64,000 nt of DNA, from assembly GCA_030744625.1 (NCBI GenBank), contig JASLQF010000005.1, positions 8,482 to 72,481 on the forward strand, written 5' to 3'. A program made the position numbers and the translations under genes. This document shows, piece by piece, positions 1-9,083 of this stretch. A model generated the notes under the pieces. That model was not told the DNA's origin. It did not search any database and worked only from the letters and a program-made list of their open reading frames with translations. Each line of letters starts with the position of its first letter. Position 1 is the first letter of the stretch. This DNA is from Rhodospirillales bacterium (lineage in GTDB: Bacteria > Pseudomonadota > Alphaproteobacteria > Rhodospirillales > JASLQF01).

Positions 1-622
1 CGGCGCAGAGCGCCACCCGCCGGCAGGCGACGTCGCCATGCTTGGTCTTGACGCCGACGACGCGGCCGTTGGCGATGACGAAGTCGGTGACCGGGGTGTC
101 CTCGTAGATGCGCGCGCCGTTGGCCTTGGCCCCCTTGGCCAGGGCGGCGCAGACGTCGCTCGGGTTGACGCGCCCGTCGCTCGGCGAAAGCACGCCGCCG
201 ATCACGTCATCGGTATTGGCGATCGGCCACAGTCTCTGGATTTCCGCCCGGTCGACCTCTTCGACCTCGATCCCGAAGGCGCGCGCCAGCGACGCCTGGC
301 GCCGGATATGGGTGTGGCGGTCGGGGTTGGTGGCGATGCTCAGGCTGCCGCACCGGTGCCATCCGGTTTCCTGGCCCGTTTCCCGGGCCAGCGAGGCGTA
401 GAGCCGGGCGCTGTACTGGGTCAGTTGCGTGAGGGCGATGGTCGAGCGCAATTGCCTGACCAGGGCCGCCGAATGCCAGGTCGTGCCGCTGGTCAGCTTG
501 GAGCGCTCGAGCACGACGACGTCGCGGCATCCCAGGGCGGCCAGATGATAGGCGGTGGAGCAGCCGATGATGCCGCCGCCGATGACGATGGTGTCGGCCT
601 GGGAGGGAGAGACGTCGGACAT
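1..622 (-). CDS. FAD-dependent oxidoreductase, dimethylglycine/sarcosine dehydrogenase-like (N-terminal part only; gene continues beyond window start)
   Basis: Hand translation of the minus strand from the ATG at 620-622 gives MSDVSPSQADTIVIGGGIIGCSTAYHLAALG...LTSGTTWHSAALV. It has a GxGxxG dinucleotide fold and an SGTTWH flavinylation-type motif. The frame stays open to position 1. It is absent from the ORF track because it is truncated. Confidence 0.75.
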   Translation of the reverse strand, partial: MSDVSPSQADTIVIGGGIIGCSTAYHLAALGCRDVVVLERSKLTSGTTWHSAALVRQLRSTIALTQLTQYSARLYASLARETGQETGWHRCGSLSIATNPDRHTHIRRQASLARAFGIEVEEVDRAEIQRLWPIANTDDVIGGVLSPSDGRVNPSDVCAALAKGAKANGARIYEDTPVTDFVIANGRVVGVKTKHGDVACRRVALCA

Positions 623-737
623 CGGTCGGCCTTGTTTTCCCGAGGGCTTGATATCGGGAAATTCGGGTGTTTATTTTTGAAGCTGGTACTATCGTACTGG
701 AATCCATCGACTCTCTCCATGATGATCGGGCGCCGCC

Positions 738-1853
738 ATGTTCCTCAGTAACCCCGCCGTCGCCGAGCTGGAGCCGTATACGCCGGGCCTTTCCCGCGAG
801 TTCGTGTCGCGAAAATACGGCGTGCCGCTCGACGACGTGGCGAAGCTTGGATCGGCCGAGAACCCGTTGGGTCCATCACCCCTGGCCAAGGCCGCCGTCG
901 AGGCGGCGCTGGGGCGCATCGACCTCTACCCCGAGTGGACGGCGGCACCGCTCCGCGAGAAGATCGCCCAGACCTATGACGTGCATCCCGACCAGGTGGT
1001 GTGCGGCGCCGGCGAGACGGAAATCCTGTCGTGGATCATCAGGGTCTTCGCCGAGCCCGGCGGCAAGCTCCTCATGCACTCACCGACCTTTCCCATTTAC
1101 CACCTGTTCGCCGGGGCCGAGGGACGCCAATGCGTCTTCGTGCCCATGGGCGGCGATTTCGACTTCCACCTCGATCGCTTCATCGAGCACATCGCGGGCG
1201 ACGTTCGCGTCGTCTTCCTGACCCGGCCGCACAGTCCCACGGGCAAGCTGCTCGACGACGCGGACGTGCGCCGGGTGTGCGAGGCGGCCGGCGAGCGGCT
1301 GGTGGTGCTCGACGAGGCCTATATCCATTTCACCGAGACCGCGGGCGGCATCCACCTGGTCGAGGACTTCGACAACCTGATCGTGCTGCGGACCTTCTCC
1401 AAGGCGTACGGCCTGGCCGGGTTGCGCATCGGCTTCGGGATCACGAGGCCGCACATCGCGCTCCCCATGCTGGCCGTCAAGCCGACCTGGAACATGGGAC
1501 AGCTTCAGGTGGCGGGGGGGATCGCCGCCCTCGACGACCACCAACACGTTTCGCGGACCGTCTCCATGATCGTCGAGATGCGCGACTACGTGGCGGGCAG
1601 GCTCGGCGCGTTGAACAGCTTTCGCATGATCGCCGGGTCGCGGTCCAATTTCTTCCTTCTGGAAATTCTCGACACCACCCTCGACTCGACCAAGGTCTTC
1701 AACGAACTCCTGGAGCGCGGCGTCATCGTCAAGGATGGCAGCGTGTCGTTTCACGGGCTCGGCCACCGCTATATGCGGGTCGACGTGAGCTTGCGCAAGC
1801 ACATGGACCGCCTCGTCGAGGCGCTGGCCGAGATCGAGCCGCGGGCCGGCTGA
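738..1853 (+). CDS. Class I/II PLP aminotransferase, histidinol-phosphate-aminotransferase-like
   Basis: Track ORF of 371 aa. PLP-lysine motif RTFSKAYGLAGLRIG and an SAENPLGPSP N-terminal region typical of HisC-type enzymes. The true substrate cannot be assigned from sequence. Confidence 0.8.
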   Translation: MFLSNPAVAELEPYTPGLSREFVSRKYGVPLDDVAKLGSAENPLGPSPLAKAAVEAALGRIDLYPEWTAAPLREKIAQTYDVHPDQVVCGAGETEILSWIIRVFAEPGGKLLMHSPTFPIYHLFAGAEGRQCVFVPMGGDFDFHLDRFIEHIAGDVRVVFLTRPHSPTGKLLDDADVRRVCEAAGERLVVLDEAYIHFTETAGGIHLVEDFDNLIVLRTFSKAYGLAGLRIGFGITRPHIALPMLAVKPTWNMGQLQVAGGIAALDDHQHVSRTVSMIVEMRDYVAGRLGALNSFRMIAGSRSNFFLLEILDTTLDSTKVFNELLERGVIVKDGSVSFHGLGHRYMRVDVSLRKHMDRLVEALAEIEPRAG

Positions 1854-1864
1854 CCGGGACCGGC

Positions 1865-3967
1865 ATGGCACACACCACAGATTCCCGTGATGCGAACGAC
1901 GTGGCGCTGGGCACCGATGTCGGCGGCACGTTCACCGACATCCTGGCCCTCGATCTCAAGGGGGGGCGAATACTGTCGAGCGCCAAGGTCCTGTCGACGC
2001 CGCAAGACCCGTCGAACGCCGCCGTCGCCGGCGTCGACCGGCTCACCGAAGGAACGCCGTGGCGCGCCGGAGCCGTGTTTCACGGCACCACCGTCGGCAC
2101 CAACACCCTTATTCAGGGGCGCGCCGCGCTCACCACGCTGGTCACAACCGAAGGGTTCCGCGATGTGCTGGCCCTGCGCCGCCAGGCGCGGCCCCGGCTC
2201 TACGATCTCGAAGCCGTGGTGTCGCCGCCCCTGGTGCCGCGCGAACGGCGGCTCGAGGTGCGCCAGCGCATGGCCCCCGACGGCGCCGTCACCGTCCCCC
2301 TGGAGGCCGACGAGATCGCGCGGGTGGTGGCCGAGCTCGAGGAGCTTAGCGTCGAGTCCGTGGCCATTTGCCTGCTCCATGCCTACGCCAACGACGACCA
2401 CGAGAAGGCCCTCGGCGAGGCCATCGGCAAAGCCCTGCCCGACGCCTTCGTGTCGCTGTCCAGTGACGTGTGCCGGGAATTCCGCGAGTTCGAACGGACC
2501 TCGACGGTGACGGTGAATGCTTACATCGGCCCGCCGGTGCGGGACTATCTGGTGCGTTTCCGCGAACAATTGGCCGAGCGCGCCATCCCGCGCCTGTCCA
2601 TCGTAAAGTCGAACGGCGGGCTTACCTCGGCTGCTAACGCCGAGAAGTATCCGGTTCATCTCATTGAATCGGGGCCCGCCGCCGGCGTCATCGCCGCCGC
2701 CGCCCTCGGAGCCTCGGAGGGCATGGAGGACCTCATCGCCTTCGATATGGGGGGCACCACCGCCAAGGTCGGCGTGGTCGTCGGCGGCCAGCCGCGCCTG
2801 AGCACCGAATTCCACGCCAGCCGCTTCGTGGACGGCCGCGACGTCGGCGGCTACCCCATCAAGAGCCCGGTCATCGACCTTATCGAGATCGGGGCGGGCG
2901 GCGGGTCGATCGCCCGCCTGGACGCCTTCGGCGTCCTCAAGGTCGGTCCCGAAAGCGCCGGGGCAGAGCCCGGACCGGCCTGCTACGGCCGGGGCGGCGT
3001 GAGCCCGACGGTGACCGACGCCCACGTGGCGCTCGGCCACATCTCGGCCGACGGCTTCGGCAGCGAGGACCTGGATATCCAGCCCGGCCCGGCGCGCGCC
3101 GCGATCGAAAGCCAAGTGGCCGGCCCGCTGGGGTGGACGGTGGAACGCTCGGCCTGGGGCGTCCTCACCCTTGCCAACGCCAACATGGCCGAGATGGTGC
3201 GGCTGGCGACGCTCCGTCGCGGCCTCGATCCCAGGGACTTCACCCTGGTCGCCTTCGGCGGCGCCGGGCCGCTGCACGCCACCGAGATCGCCCGCGAGGT
3301 TGCCGTCCCCAGGGTCGTCGTTCCCCCCTATCCGGGCCTGTTCAGCGCCATTGGCACGGTGCTCGGCGACATCCGCCACGACCTGGTACAGACCCTGTTG
3401 AAGCGCACCGACGAACTGGAGCGCGCCGACGTGCAGGCGGCCTTTGCCGGGCTCGAGGAGCGCGCCCGAAAGCTGCTCGCCGAGGAGGACCTGGCGCCCG
3501 GGCATGGCGCCCCCGTGCTCGACCGCTACGCGGACCTGCGCTTCGAAGGTCAGATGTTCGAAATCACGCTTGTCCTGGAGGGCCCGGAGGCGCTCGCCGC
3601 CGACGCGCTCGACGCCACCTTCCGCGGCGCCTACGTGCGCGACTACGGCTACGACCTGCCGGAGCACGCCGTCGAGCTGGTCAACCTGCGCCTCGTCGCC
3701 ACGGTGCCGATCTGGGACGGCGGTTGGCCGACGACCGGCGCCGACAACCCGTCCAAGCACCGCCAAGCGGCCAGGCGGCGAAAGCGCCAGGTGTTCCACC
3801 CCGACGGCCGGGCCTTCGACATCGATGTCATTCCGCGCTACACACTGAGCGCGGGAGAGCGCATCGACGGCCCCGCCATCGTCGAGGACTTCGGCGCTAC
3901 CATACGCATCCTCGACGGGCAGGTGGCCGAGGTGCGGGCGTCGGGCACCCTGGTCATCGAAGGGTAG
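1865..3967 (+). CDS. hyuA: Hydantoinase A / 5-oxoprolinase A-type ATP-dependent cyclic-amide hydrolase subunit
   Basis: In-frame ATG at 1865 inside track ORF 1001..3967; the upstream 288 codons are Arg/Pro-rich read-through overlapping the aminotransferase gene. VALGTDVGGTFTDILAL is the family N-terminal ATPase motif. Length is about 700 aa, as expected. Confidence 0.85.
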   Translation: MAHTTDSRDANDVALGTDVGGTFTDILALDLKGGRILSSAKVLSTPQDPSNAAVAGVDRLTEGTPWRAGAVFHGTTVGTNTLIQGRAALTTLVTTEGFRDVLALRRQARPRLYDLEAVVSPPLVPRERRLEVRQRMAPDGAVTVPLEADEIARVVAELEELSVESVAICLLHAYANDDHEKALGEAIGKALPDAFVSLSSDVCREFREFERTSTVTVNAYIGPPVRDYLVRFREQLAERAIPRLSIVKSNGGLTSAANAEKYPVHLIESGPAAGVIAAAALGASEGMEDLIAFDMGGTTAKVGVVVGGQPRLSTEFHASRFVDGRDVGGYPIKSPVIDLIEIGAGGGSIARLDAFGVLKVGPESAGAEPGPACYGRGGVSPTVTDAHVALGHISADGFGSEDLDIQPGPARAAIESQVAGPLGWTVERSAWGVLTLANANMAEMVRLATLRRGLDPRDFTLVAFGGAGPLHATEIAREVAVPRVVVPPYPGLFSAIGTVLGDIRHDLVQTLLKRTDELERADVQAAFAGLEERARKLLAEEDLAPGHGAPVLDRYADLRFEGQMFEITLVLEGPEALAADALDATFRGAYVRDYGYDLPEHAVELVNLRLVATVPIWDGGWPTTGADNPSKHRQAARRRKRQVFHPDGRAFDIDVIPRYTLSAGERIDGPAIVEDFGATIRILDGQVAEVRASGTLVIEG

Positions 3968-3973
3968 AAAAGA

Positions 3974-5629
3974 ATGGCACGCCGGGACCAGACCATCATT
4001 GCAAGCGACCCGGTAACGTTCGAGGTCGTGCGCGGCGGGCTCTACGCCATCTGCGAGGAGATGAAGTCGGTGATGACCCGCGCCGCCTTCTCGCCCCTGC
4101 TCAGCCTGTCCGCCGACCTCTCCTGCGCGCTGCTCGACGCCGACGGGGACGTGGTGGCGCAGGGCAACGATATCCCGGTCCACCTGGGCGCCATGCCCTT
4201 CGCCGCCAAGGGCGTCCTGGCGCGCTTCCCCGTGGACGACTGGCGGCCCGGCGACGTGGTGCTGTCGAACGACCCCTATTGCGGCGGCTCGCACCTCCCC
4301 GACATGACCATGGTGACGCCGATCCACGACGGGGCGCGCGTCCTCGGCTTCGCGGCGAGCCGCGTCCACTGGCCCGACATCGGCGGCTCGGCGCCGGGCA
4401 GTTCGGCGGTGACCGACGAGATCATCAAGGAGGGACTGCGCATTCCGCCCATCCGGGTGGCGCGCGGCGGCGAGGTCGATGACAACGTGGCCACCCTGCT
4501 GTTCGCCAACGTGCGGGTGCCCGGCGACCGCCTGGGTGATTTCAAGGCGCAGATCGCGTGCAACGGGCGCGGCGCGGAGCGAGTCGGCGACCTTATCGCG
4601 CGCTATGGCGGGGACTCCATCGGCAAGATATTCGCCGAGACCCAGGATTACAGCCAGCACATGGTGAGACAGGCGCTCGCCGCCATTCCCGACGGCACCT
4701 ACACGGCGGCCCAGCACCTCGACGGCGACGGCTTCATCGAGGACACGGGAAACGGCCCGCTCAGGATCAACGTGGCGATTACCAAGTCGGGCGACTCTCT
4801 GAGCTGCGACTTCTCCGGCACGGGCCCGCAGGCAACGGGCCCCATCAACGCGCCGATCTCGGTGACGGCATCGGCCTGTTACTATTTCACCCTGGCGTTG
4901 AGCGGCGGCGACGTGCCGCCGAACTCCGGGGCCTACCGGCAGGTCGACGTGATCGCGCCCCAAGGCAGCCTGGTCAATTGCACCTACCCGGCGCCCGTGG
5001 TATCGGGCAACACGGAAATGTCCAATCGTCTCGTCGATCTGTTGTTCGAGGCCATCGCGCCCGCCGTTCCCGAGGCCGCCATCGCCGGCAGCTACGGCAC
5101 GGCGGGGATATGCGCCTTCGGTGGCTGGGATGAGGCCAGGGGCCGCCATTTCGTGCACGTCGAGTCGCTCGGCGGCGGCATGGGCGCTTCGCGGAGCGGT
5201 CCCGGCCTCGACGGCCACCGCACGCACATGGGCAACACCATGAATCTTCCCGTGGAGGCGACGGAAGCCACCTGTCCGGTAAGAATCGAGACCTACGCCC
5301 TGGTCGACGGCAGCGGCGGCGAGGGCGCCTGGAGGGGCGGCATGGGGGTGCGGCGCGTGCTTCGGGCGCTTGGCGACGATGTACGGTTTTCGCTCCTCTT
5401 CGAACGCACCCTCCATCCCGCCCACGGCGCCGCCGGCGGCGGCGCGGGGCGTACCGCGCAATTTTTCGCCGAGCGCGCCGACGGCACCCGCCAAGGCCTG
5501 TCGTCGAAGACCGCCGTCGGCCATCTCAGGCGCGGCGAACTGTTGTGTATGGAAACGGCGGGCGGCGGTGGATGGGGAACCCCCGACGCCGCCACGATTG
5601 AAATAGATGGAAAAGATGGGGAGTCTTAG
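3974..5629 (+). CDS. hyuB: Hydantoinase B / 5-oxoprolinase B-type subunit
   Basis: Track ORF of 551 aa. It starts DPVTFEVVRGGLYAICEEMKSVM, the conserved HyuB N-terminus. It begins 6 nt after the hyuA stop. Confidence 0.85.
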   Translation: MARRDQTIIASDPVTFEVVRGGLYAICEEMKSVMTRAAFSPLLSLSADLSCALLDADGDVVAQGNDIPVHLGAMPFAAKGVLARFPVDDWRPGDVVLSNDPYCGGSHLPDMTMVTPIHDGARVLGFAASRVHWPDIGGSAPGSSAVTDEIIKEGLRIPPIRVARGGEVDDNVATLLFANVRVPGDRLGDFKAQIACNGRGAERVGDLIARYGGDSIGKIFAETQDYSQHMVRQALAAIPDGTYTAAQHLDGDGFIEDTGNGPLRINVAITKSGDSLSCDFSGTGPQATGPINAPISVTASACYYFTLALSGGDVPPNSGAYRQVDVIAPQGSLVNCTYPAPVVSGNTEMSNRLVDLLFEAIAPAVPEAAIAGSYGTAGICAFGGWDEARGRHFVHVESLGGGMGASRSGPGLDGHRTHMGNTMNLPVEATEATCPVRIETYALVDGSGGEGAWRGGMGVRRVLRALGDDVRFSLLFERTLHPAHGAAGGGAGRTAQFFAERADGTRQGLSSKTAVGHLRRGELLCMETAGGGGWGTPDAATIEIDGKDGES

Positions 5630-5632
5630 CTC

Positions 5633-6373
5633 ATGTCCGATAACCCAAGCGGCGCGACCACCGGCAACCGGCCCGATTCCAGGGCCCGGGTGGCACTGCT
5701 CGTGCCGTCGTCGAACACGGTGATGGAGAACGATCTCCACGCCGCCCTGCCCAAGGACCGCGTCACCGTCCACACGGCCCGCATGTACCTGACCGTAACG
5801 ACGCCCGAGGCCGAGGAGCGCATGATCGATCAAGAAGCGCCGAAGGCGGCCGACGATCTGGGCACGGTCAACCCCGACGTGCTGGTCTTCGGCTGCACGT
5901 CGGGGGGATCGCTCCATGGACTGGACTACGACGCCAAGGTGTGCGGCGACCTTGGCCGGCGCGCCGGATGCCCGGCGATCGGCGTCATCAGTTCGGTCTT
6001 GGCGGCACTCGGGCGCCGCAAACTCAGCACCGTCGCGGTGATTACGCCCTACATCGATTCCCTGACCGAGGCTGTGGCCGGCTCGGTCAGGGAAAGTGGT
6101 ATCGAGGTGGTGGCGGCGCACGGCATGGGCATCGACGTCAACGTGGCGCTGGCCGATCCGACGCCGGACGAGATCGCGGAATTCGCCAAGCAGCGGCTGA
6201 GCGGCCTGACCTTCGACGGGTTGTTCGTGTCATGCACCAATTTCCGCTCCGTCGAGGCCATCGGCCGGCTCGAGAAGATTTTCGGCTGTCCCGTGGTGAC
6301 CAGCACTTCGGCCACCATAGAAGCGCTGCGCGGGCACCTCGGGCTTGAGGCACCGACGCCGAAGGGAGGGTAG
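5633..6373 (+). CDS. Asp/Glu/hydantoin-racemase superfamily protein (maleate isomerase / arylmalonate decarboxylase-like, two-Cys type)
   Basis: Track ORF of 246 aa. VALLVPSSNTVMENDL motif and two catalytic-type cysteines (VFGCTSGG, FVSCTNFR). It starts 3 nt after the hyuB stop. Confidence 0.7.
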   Translation: MSDNPSGATTGNRPDSRARVALLVPSSNTVMENDLHAALPKDRVTVHTARMYLTVTTPEAEERMIDQEAPKAADDLGTVNPDVLVFGCTSGGSLHGLDYDAKVCGDLGRRAGCPAIGVISSVLAALGRRKLSTVAVITPYIDSLTEAVAGSVRESGIEVVAAHGMGIDVNVALADPTPDEIAEFAKQRLSGLTFDGLFVSCTNFRSVEAIGRLEKIFGCPVVTSTSATIEALRGHLGLEAPTPKGG

Positions 6374-6375
6374 CG

Positions 6376-7230
6376 ATGACACAACTGAACCCGCTCGCCG
6401 TGCACCCCGATCCGGGGTCCATCCGGACCGGCCTCGAGGCCCGCCGGCTGTTCCGCGACGCCAAGACCGATCCGTTCACCCAGACGACGGGAATGGCGTT
6501 GGGCTACATGCAGGCCAGTCCCATAATCCTGCCCGGCGATCTGGCCCTCGACTTCACCGCGTTTTGCCAACGCAACCCGAAGCCCTGCCCGCTGGTTGCC
6601 ATGTCGAACCGCGGCAGCCCGACCCTGCCCACCCTCGGCGGCGATTTGGACCTGCGCACCGATCTCGCCGGCTACCGCATCTGGCGCGACGGGGAACTGG
6701 TCGACGAAGTGACGGACATATCGGAGCTGTGGCGGGAGGATTTCGTCGCCTTCGCGGTCGGCTGCTCCTATTCCTTCGAGAACGCGCTGCTCAGCGACGG
6801 CATCGAGCTTCGCCACATCACCGAGGAGGCTTGTGTGCCCATGTACATGACCGACATCGCGCTCGAGCCCTCGGGGCCGTTCGCGGGCCGCATGTGCGTG
6901 TCCATGCGGCCGCTGAAAGCCAGGGACGCGATCCGGGCGATAGAGATCACCAGCCGCTTTCCCACGACCCACGGCACGCCCGTTCACATCGGCGATCCGC
7001 GCCAGATCGGCATCGAGAATCTGGACGAACCCCTGGCCGGCGACCCGGTGGAGGTGCGCGACGGCGAGCTTTGCGTTTTCTGGGGATGCGGCATAACGCC
7101 GCAATACGCCATGCTCCAGGCCAAGCCCGAGATCGCCATCACCCACATACCGGGCTGCCTGTTGATGACCGATGTTCCGTCGCGCGGCGACGCCATGGAC
7201 CTGCCCAACCTGCCCAACCTGGCGGCCTGA
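6376..7230 (+). CDS. DUF1445/UPF0317 putative hydro-lyase (D-glutamate cyclase family)
   Basis: Track ORF of 284 aa. Family blocks remembered by eye: FCQRNPKPCPL, VSMRPL, HGTPVHIGDP, VFWGCGITPQ. It starts 2 nt after the preceding stop. Confidence 0.75.
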   Translation: MTQLNPLAVHPDPGSIRTGLEARRLFRDAKTDPFTQTTGMALGYMQASPIILPGDLALDFTAFCQRNPKPCPLVAMSNRGSPTLPTLGGDLDLRTDLAGYRIWRDGELVDEVTDISELWREDFVAFAVGCSYSFENALLSDGIELRHITEEACVPMYMTDIALEPSGPFAGRMCVSMRPLKARDAIRAIEITSRFPTTHGTPVHIGDPRQIGIENLDEPLAGDPVEVRDGELCVFWGCGITPQYAMLQAKPEIAITHIPGCLLMTDVPSRGDAMDLPNLPNLAA

Positions 7231-7248
7231 CGACCTTTTACAGGGCCA

Positions 7249-8037
7249 CTATTCCTTGGGAATCCAGATGAGCGTCGCGACCTCCCCGTCGCTCGCGCAG
7301 AGCTCCGCGAGAACGGCGGCGGTGACGCGCGACGGCGTCACCCCATTGACCATCACCCTGCCCGAGCCGACCAGATCCCACGCCGCGCTGACGCAGGCCT
7401 GACGCGGCACCGCTTCGGCGGTGATGGTGAAGGCGGTGACCGTCTCGCGGACCTTGAGGGCGCCCCCGTACACATGGGTCAAAGGCCCCGCGCCACGGGC
7501 GGCAAGCCTCATCTCGTCCACCAAAAGCGACGCCGGCGGCAACTCTTCTTGCAGGCTCGACCAATAGGCTACGGCGGCGACACCCGAAACGGCGATTACG
7601 CCAAGCACCGCCATGGCGACCCAGCGCGGCACCATCGGTTTGCGTTCCTGGATAACGACACGCCGCTCTCCGCCCTTCTTGGCCTTCTTGGGCTTCTTGC
7701 GGACGGCGTGGCTGGCCAGTTGGGCGACCTTCTGTTTGCGCTCCTCCTTGATGCTGCGCATCAGCTCGATGACGCCGTCGCGCAGGGCGTCCAGGTTCGC
7801 CGGGGAAGCGTCTTCGGGTACGATGACGTTCAGTTCGGCGGTATACTTCGAGACGTTCGGGCGGTCGTCCTTGCGGGCGAAGAGCTTCTGGATGATGACG
7901 GCGGCGCTGCCCCTGAGCACGTCCGGTGTCTGCGCCCGGGAGATCAGGGCAATGAAACCCGAGGTCTCGTCCTCGAACGCCGCTTCCCAGAACGCGGCGT
8001 CTTGCACCATTGGACGCGACGATTGCTCGGCGGCCAT
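7249..8037 (-). CDS. Hypothetical single-pass membrane protein
   Basis: Track ORF of 262 aa. Soluble N-domain, Lys-rich linker (KKPKKAKKGGERR), one hydrophobic helix (WVAMAVLGVIAVSGVAAVAYW) and a C-domain of about 100 aa. No family recognised. Confidence 0.55.
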   Translation of the reverse strand: MAAEQSSRPMVQDAAFWEAAFEDETSGFIALISRAQTPDVLRGSAAVIIQKLFARKDDRPNVSKYTAELNVIVPEDASPANLDALRDGVIELMRSIKEERKQKVAQLASHAVRKKPKKAKKGGERRVVIQERKPMVPRWVAMAVLGVIAVSGVAAVAYWSSLQEELPPASLLVDEMRLAARGAGPLTHVYGGALKVRETVTAFTITAEAVPRQACVSAAWDLVGSGRVMVNGVTPSRVTAAVLAELCASDGEVATLIWIPKE

Positions 8038-8300
8038 GGGGATACGGTCCTTTGCAATCCGCCGTAGGGTCTAAACCATCGGGATGTGATTTCGATCCGC
8101 GCCTCGCGGAGAGGTTAGCGGGGGGGAAGCGATGACGCAACTAATCCGGCTTGCCTCGCATGGCATCGTCTCAGGGCGTAAGCGCTCCTCGGGGGGTGTG
8201 GCTAGAAAAGGCCTTTCGTCAAGAAACAATTGGGCTACCATAGAAGAGTGGCCCGTTCCGTGGGGGCCAATCGAAGACTGGCCAGTACACTGGTTCAGAG

Positions 8301-9041
8301 ATGGATAAAATCACATACTCCGTTTCCGTTCGCGGCAAGCCGGCTCGCGAGCCCGTAGGCTATTACATGGAAGCCTACTTCCCGAAAATCCCGGTGAGCA
8401 GTGTCGACAGCGTTTTCGGTTTTGCCGAGCGGTCGACACTTTACGGGGGAAGGGAATTCCGCAAACCGCAGCTCACCGATGGTGATTGTGACTTTCTCTA
8501 TGAGCACGGTTCGGGCGTGAAGCTTCCTCTCAGCAACCACTTTGTCAGCGAAGCCGAATATGAACAGAACCAACCGTTCCTGGAAAAATACCACCGAAAG
8601 GGAAATCAGCTCGTCATCGTCAATGATGACCTGGCCCGCTGGGTGCGCCGGGACTATCCCGACTATTCCCCCGAGGCGAGCGTCATAAAGGACATTCGGA
8701 CCCACGATGACATCGGCAAGGCCCTGGAAATCTACGACACGGTCGTACTTCCCATGGATGTCAACAACGACATCCGGTTCCTGAAATCCATAGAGGACAA
8801 GAGCCGAATCCGACTGTTCATGAATGCCGGCTGCGCCTACAAGTGTCCCCTGAAGCTCTGTTACAAAAGCTTCTCCAGGCTCAACAAATTCACCGGCGAC
8901 GCAACCTTTCAATGCTCGCAATCGGACTTCTTTCGGACGCACCACGAGATGGTCGAATTCGACGTCGATCGGCTGTTCGATCTCGGGTTCCACAAATTCA
9001 AGGTCCTGCGTCCGAAGGGCAATATGGCAACGGCATTTTGA
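8301..9041 (+). CDS. Hypothetical Cys-rich protein (no family recognised)
   Basis: Track ORF of 246 aa with coding-like amino-acid composition, in a lower-G+C region. Cys cluster NAGCAYKCPLKLCYKS (Cx3Cx4C) plus FQCS. The antisense ORF 8295..8993 looks like a shadow. Confidence 0.6.
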   Translation: MDKITYSVSVRGKPAREPVGYYMEAYFPKIPVSSVDSVFGFAERSTLYGGREFRKPQLTDGDCDFLYEHGSGVKLPLSNHFVSEAEYEQNQPFLEKYHRKGNQLVIVNDDLARWVRRDYPDYSPEASVIKDIRTHDDIGKALEIYDTVVLPMDVNNDIRFLKSIEDKSRIRLFMNAGCAYKCPLKLCYKSFSRLNKFTGDATFQCSQSDFFRTHHEMVEFDVDRLFDLGFHKFKVLRPKGNMATAF

Positions 9042-9083
9042 GCAGGCGTGACCTTGTCGGCGTCGCCGCCTGAGTGACCGGCC

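Noticed and set aside
1769-6121. 1450-aa ORF on the minus strand spanning hyuA, hyuB and the racemase gene
   Set aside because: It is Arg/Gly/Ala/Pro/His-rich with no recognisable motif and is antisense to three genes that carry clear family motifs. This is a typical shadow ORF of very GC-rich DNA.
8295-8993. 232-aa minus-strand ORF antisense to the 246-aa orphan in the lower-G+C cassette
   Set aside because: Its Val/Gly/Ala/Asp-rich composition looks like an antisense artefact. The plus-strand product has a natural residue mix (K, Y, F, D, C) and a sensible ATG and stop. However, neither ORF has a recognised family, so the strand choice is not certain.
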